Positions 57,852-64,000 of a stretch of 64,000 nucleotides of DNA are shown one piece after another (position 1 is the first letter of the stretch; each line of letters starts with the position of its first letter). Made by a program: the position numbers and the translations under genes. The stretch covers positions 186,001-250,000 of the forward strand of contig NW_026862309.1 of assembly GCF_026571515.1 (NCBI RefSeq). Reading direction: 5' to 3'. Below the pieces are notes generated by a model. That model did not search any database. It saw nothing but the letters and a program-made list of their open reading frames with translations, and had not been told where the DNA came from. The stretch is from Ruditapes philippinarum (Eukaryota).

Positions 57852-59103
57852 CTACGTTAAAAAAATATTTTAATTGATTTTCAGGGCTGCATGTTTTAAA
57901 CTGATAGTAATTTATTAAAATAAAACTATACACTTCAGAAGGCGCTTAATTAATTCTGTTATAAATTGTAGCTCTGTATGCTTTTGTAAGAACACTTATA
58001 CGAATGATATAAAGAAAGGAAGAACAGATTCATTAGTAAATATATAAATGTGGAACATTTACATGGAATACATACTGTTATCAGGACATAACAATACATA
58101 TACAATTAAACAATACTTATAAAATATTGACCTTATGACACTCAAAACATGAGGTACGTGATAGTGGCTATGTAACTCCAAATCATTTGTCATTACAGCG
58201 GCATAAATGTAAGTATTCATGTAATACTATAATTATAGAAATAAAGATGTAAACTTATCCAACACTGCATTAAGAAGTTTCTACAAGATTATCAAACAAC
58301 AACCGTTATATTCTGACAATAAGATGACAACTTTGCAAAGAGGTTGAAAAAGAATGACCATTTAATAATATATACGAGTATAGTGAAATCATTGGTCATT
58401 TCAAGAAATGACTGCTGCAGGTGAAAAATGTTTATAGTTGTTAATTGTACTCTTTTCGACGATCTGGTGAGAGTTAAAGGATTTGAAATTGCCTTTAAAA
58501 TATACCAATAACAAACAAAACGTATTTGTCAAGTTTTTTTTTTCGTGTGGACGTATGATAATAAACTTTAACTTTGATTTCAACATTAATCATTACTGTA
58601 TGAATGTTGTCGTAACAGGTAACACATTTAATTCGTAATGTGCAGTATGCTTATCATCCACTGCCCGAAATAGATGGAGTATTTAATTTGTTACATTATG
58701 TATATAATATTACAAACCTGTATATACAACTACAATTAAACCATAAATTAACACTCCCATTTTCGTGTGACAGTTTCTCCCTTAGCACCCAATTTCTGAA
58801 CTGTCTCCCTTATCTTTTTATGCAGACAGATAAAATTTGCAAAACCGTGAATTTTATCTATGAGCACTGTCATAATACGTATTACTCCCTGAATAACTAG
58901 TGACTTCCCCTGTATGAATAGAAACATTGAAACAAAAATGCCGTTTTTTATACTTGTTGTAGCATCTTTCCTACTGTGATGTTTTATCTATATAACATTG
59001 GCTGGTAAAAATGGGGATACTTTGTCAAAATCAGTACTTACCCCTTGAACAAACAATAAATTCTGCCAATCATTTCGTCTTGATTTGTACATTATTACAG
59101 ACA

Positions 59104-59222
59104 CAAACGGGCACCTGAGTAGAACCCGCGACGTTCCGTAAACTAGCTTGATAGGTTTTTCATAAGAAAGAATTTTAAGACGCCGGCTCGAACCTACAGC
59201 AGGAGAGGTAAGTGATTTGAAG
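59104..59222 (-). mobile_element. Partial copy of the 34204 tRNA-SINE
   Basis: Reverse complement matches CTAGCTTACGGAACGTCG..TACTCAGGTGCC. Confidence 0.6.
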
Positions 59223-59411
59223 GCAAATGTGCCACTTTCTGGTATAAAGATCGCCCCACTTAGGTTTATCTTTGATGTCTATGACATTATATTCACGACC
59301 TATAGTCATATTATTTCTAGATACTAGTAATTTACTAAAAGAAAGCCAATCGTACTTACAGTATAGATAAGACAGTGAACTATGTTGAAAGTCTGTGACA
59401 AACAGAACAAA

Positions 59412-64000
<4,589 letters not shown>

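Overview
AT-rich, intron-containing animal genomic DNA. The repeat families and gene set suggest a bivalve mollusc, possibly a venerid clam (inference). I reconstructed six protein-coding loci by hand from GT-AG exons. (1-2) Two tandem minus-strand copies of an aldose 1-epimerase/galactose mutarotase (GALM)-like gene: copy 2 (15761-21488) is intact at 354 aa but has a remodelled active site, while copy 1 (2053-6135) is full of small indels. (3) A 14-exon S9 serine peptidase (23409-39654, about 690 aa) with a possible mitochondrial presequence. (4) A secreted perlucin-like C-type lectin (minus strand). (5-6) Two divergently oriented chloride-dependent alpha-amylases: the minus copy has an extra C-terminal domain and the plus copy runs off the window end. 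The genes are interleaved with many mobile elements: a LINE with a nested Sola1 transposon, a Harbinger relic, piggyBac-, Mutator-, Kolobok- and Tourist-type MITEs, four satellite-carrying Helentron/HINE-like elements, tRNA-derived SINEs, and an EnSpm/CMC element in amylase intron 1. A 5.7-kb array of a 38-bp satellite with a 25-mer higher-order duplication lies directly upstream of the lectin. I found no CRISPR array and no functional RNA gene. The best leads are the mutarotase lacking its catalytic Glu, the extra amylase domain, a possible transposon gene-trap in the plus amylase, and the clustering of sugar-handling genes.
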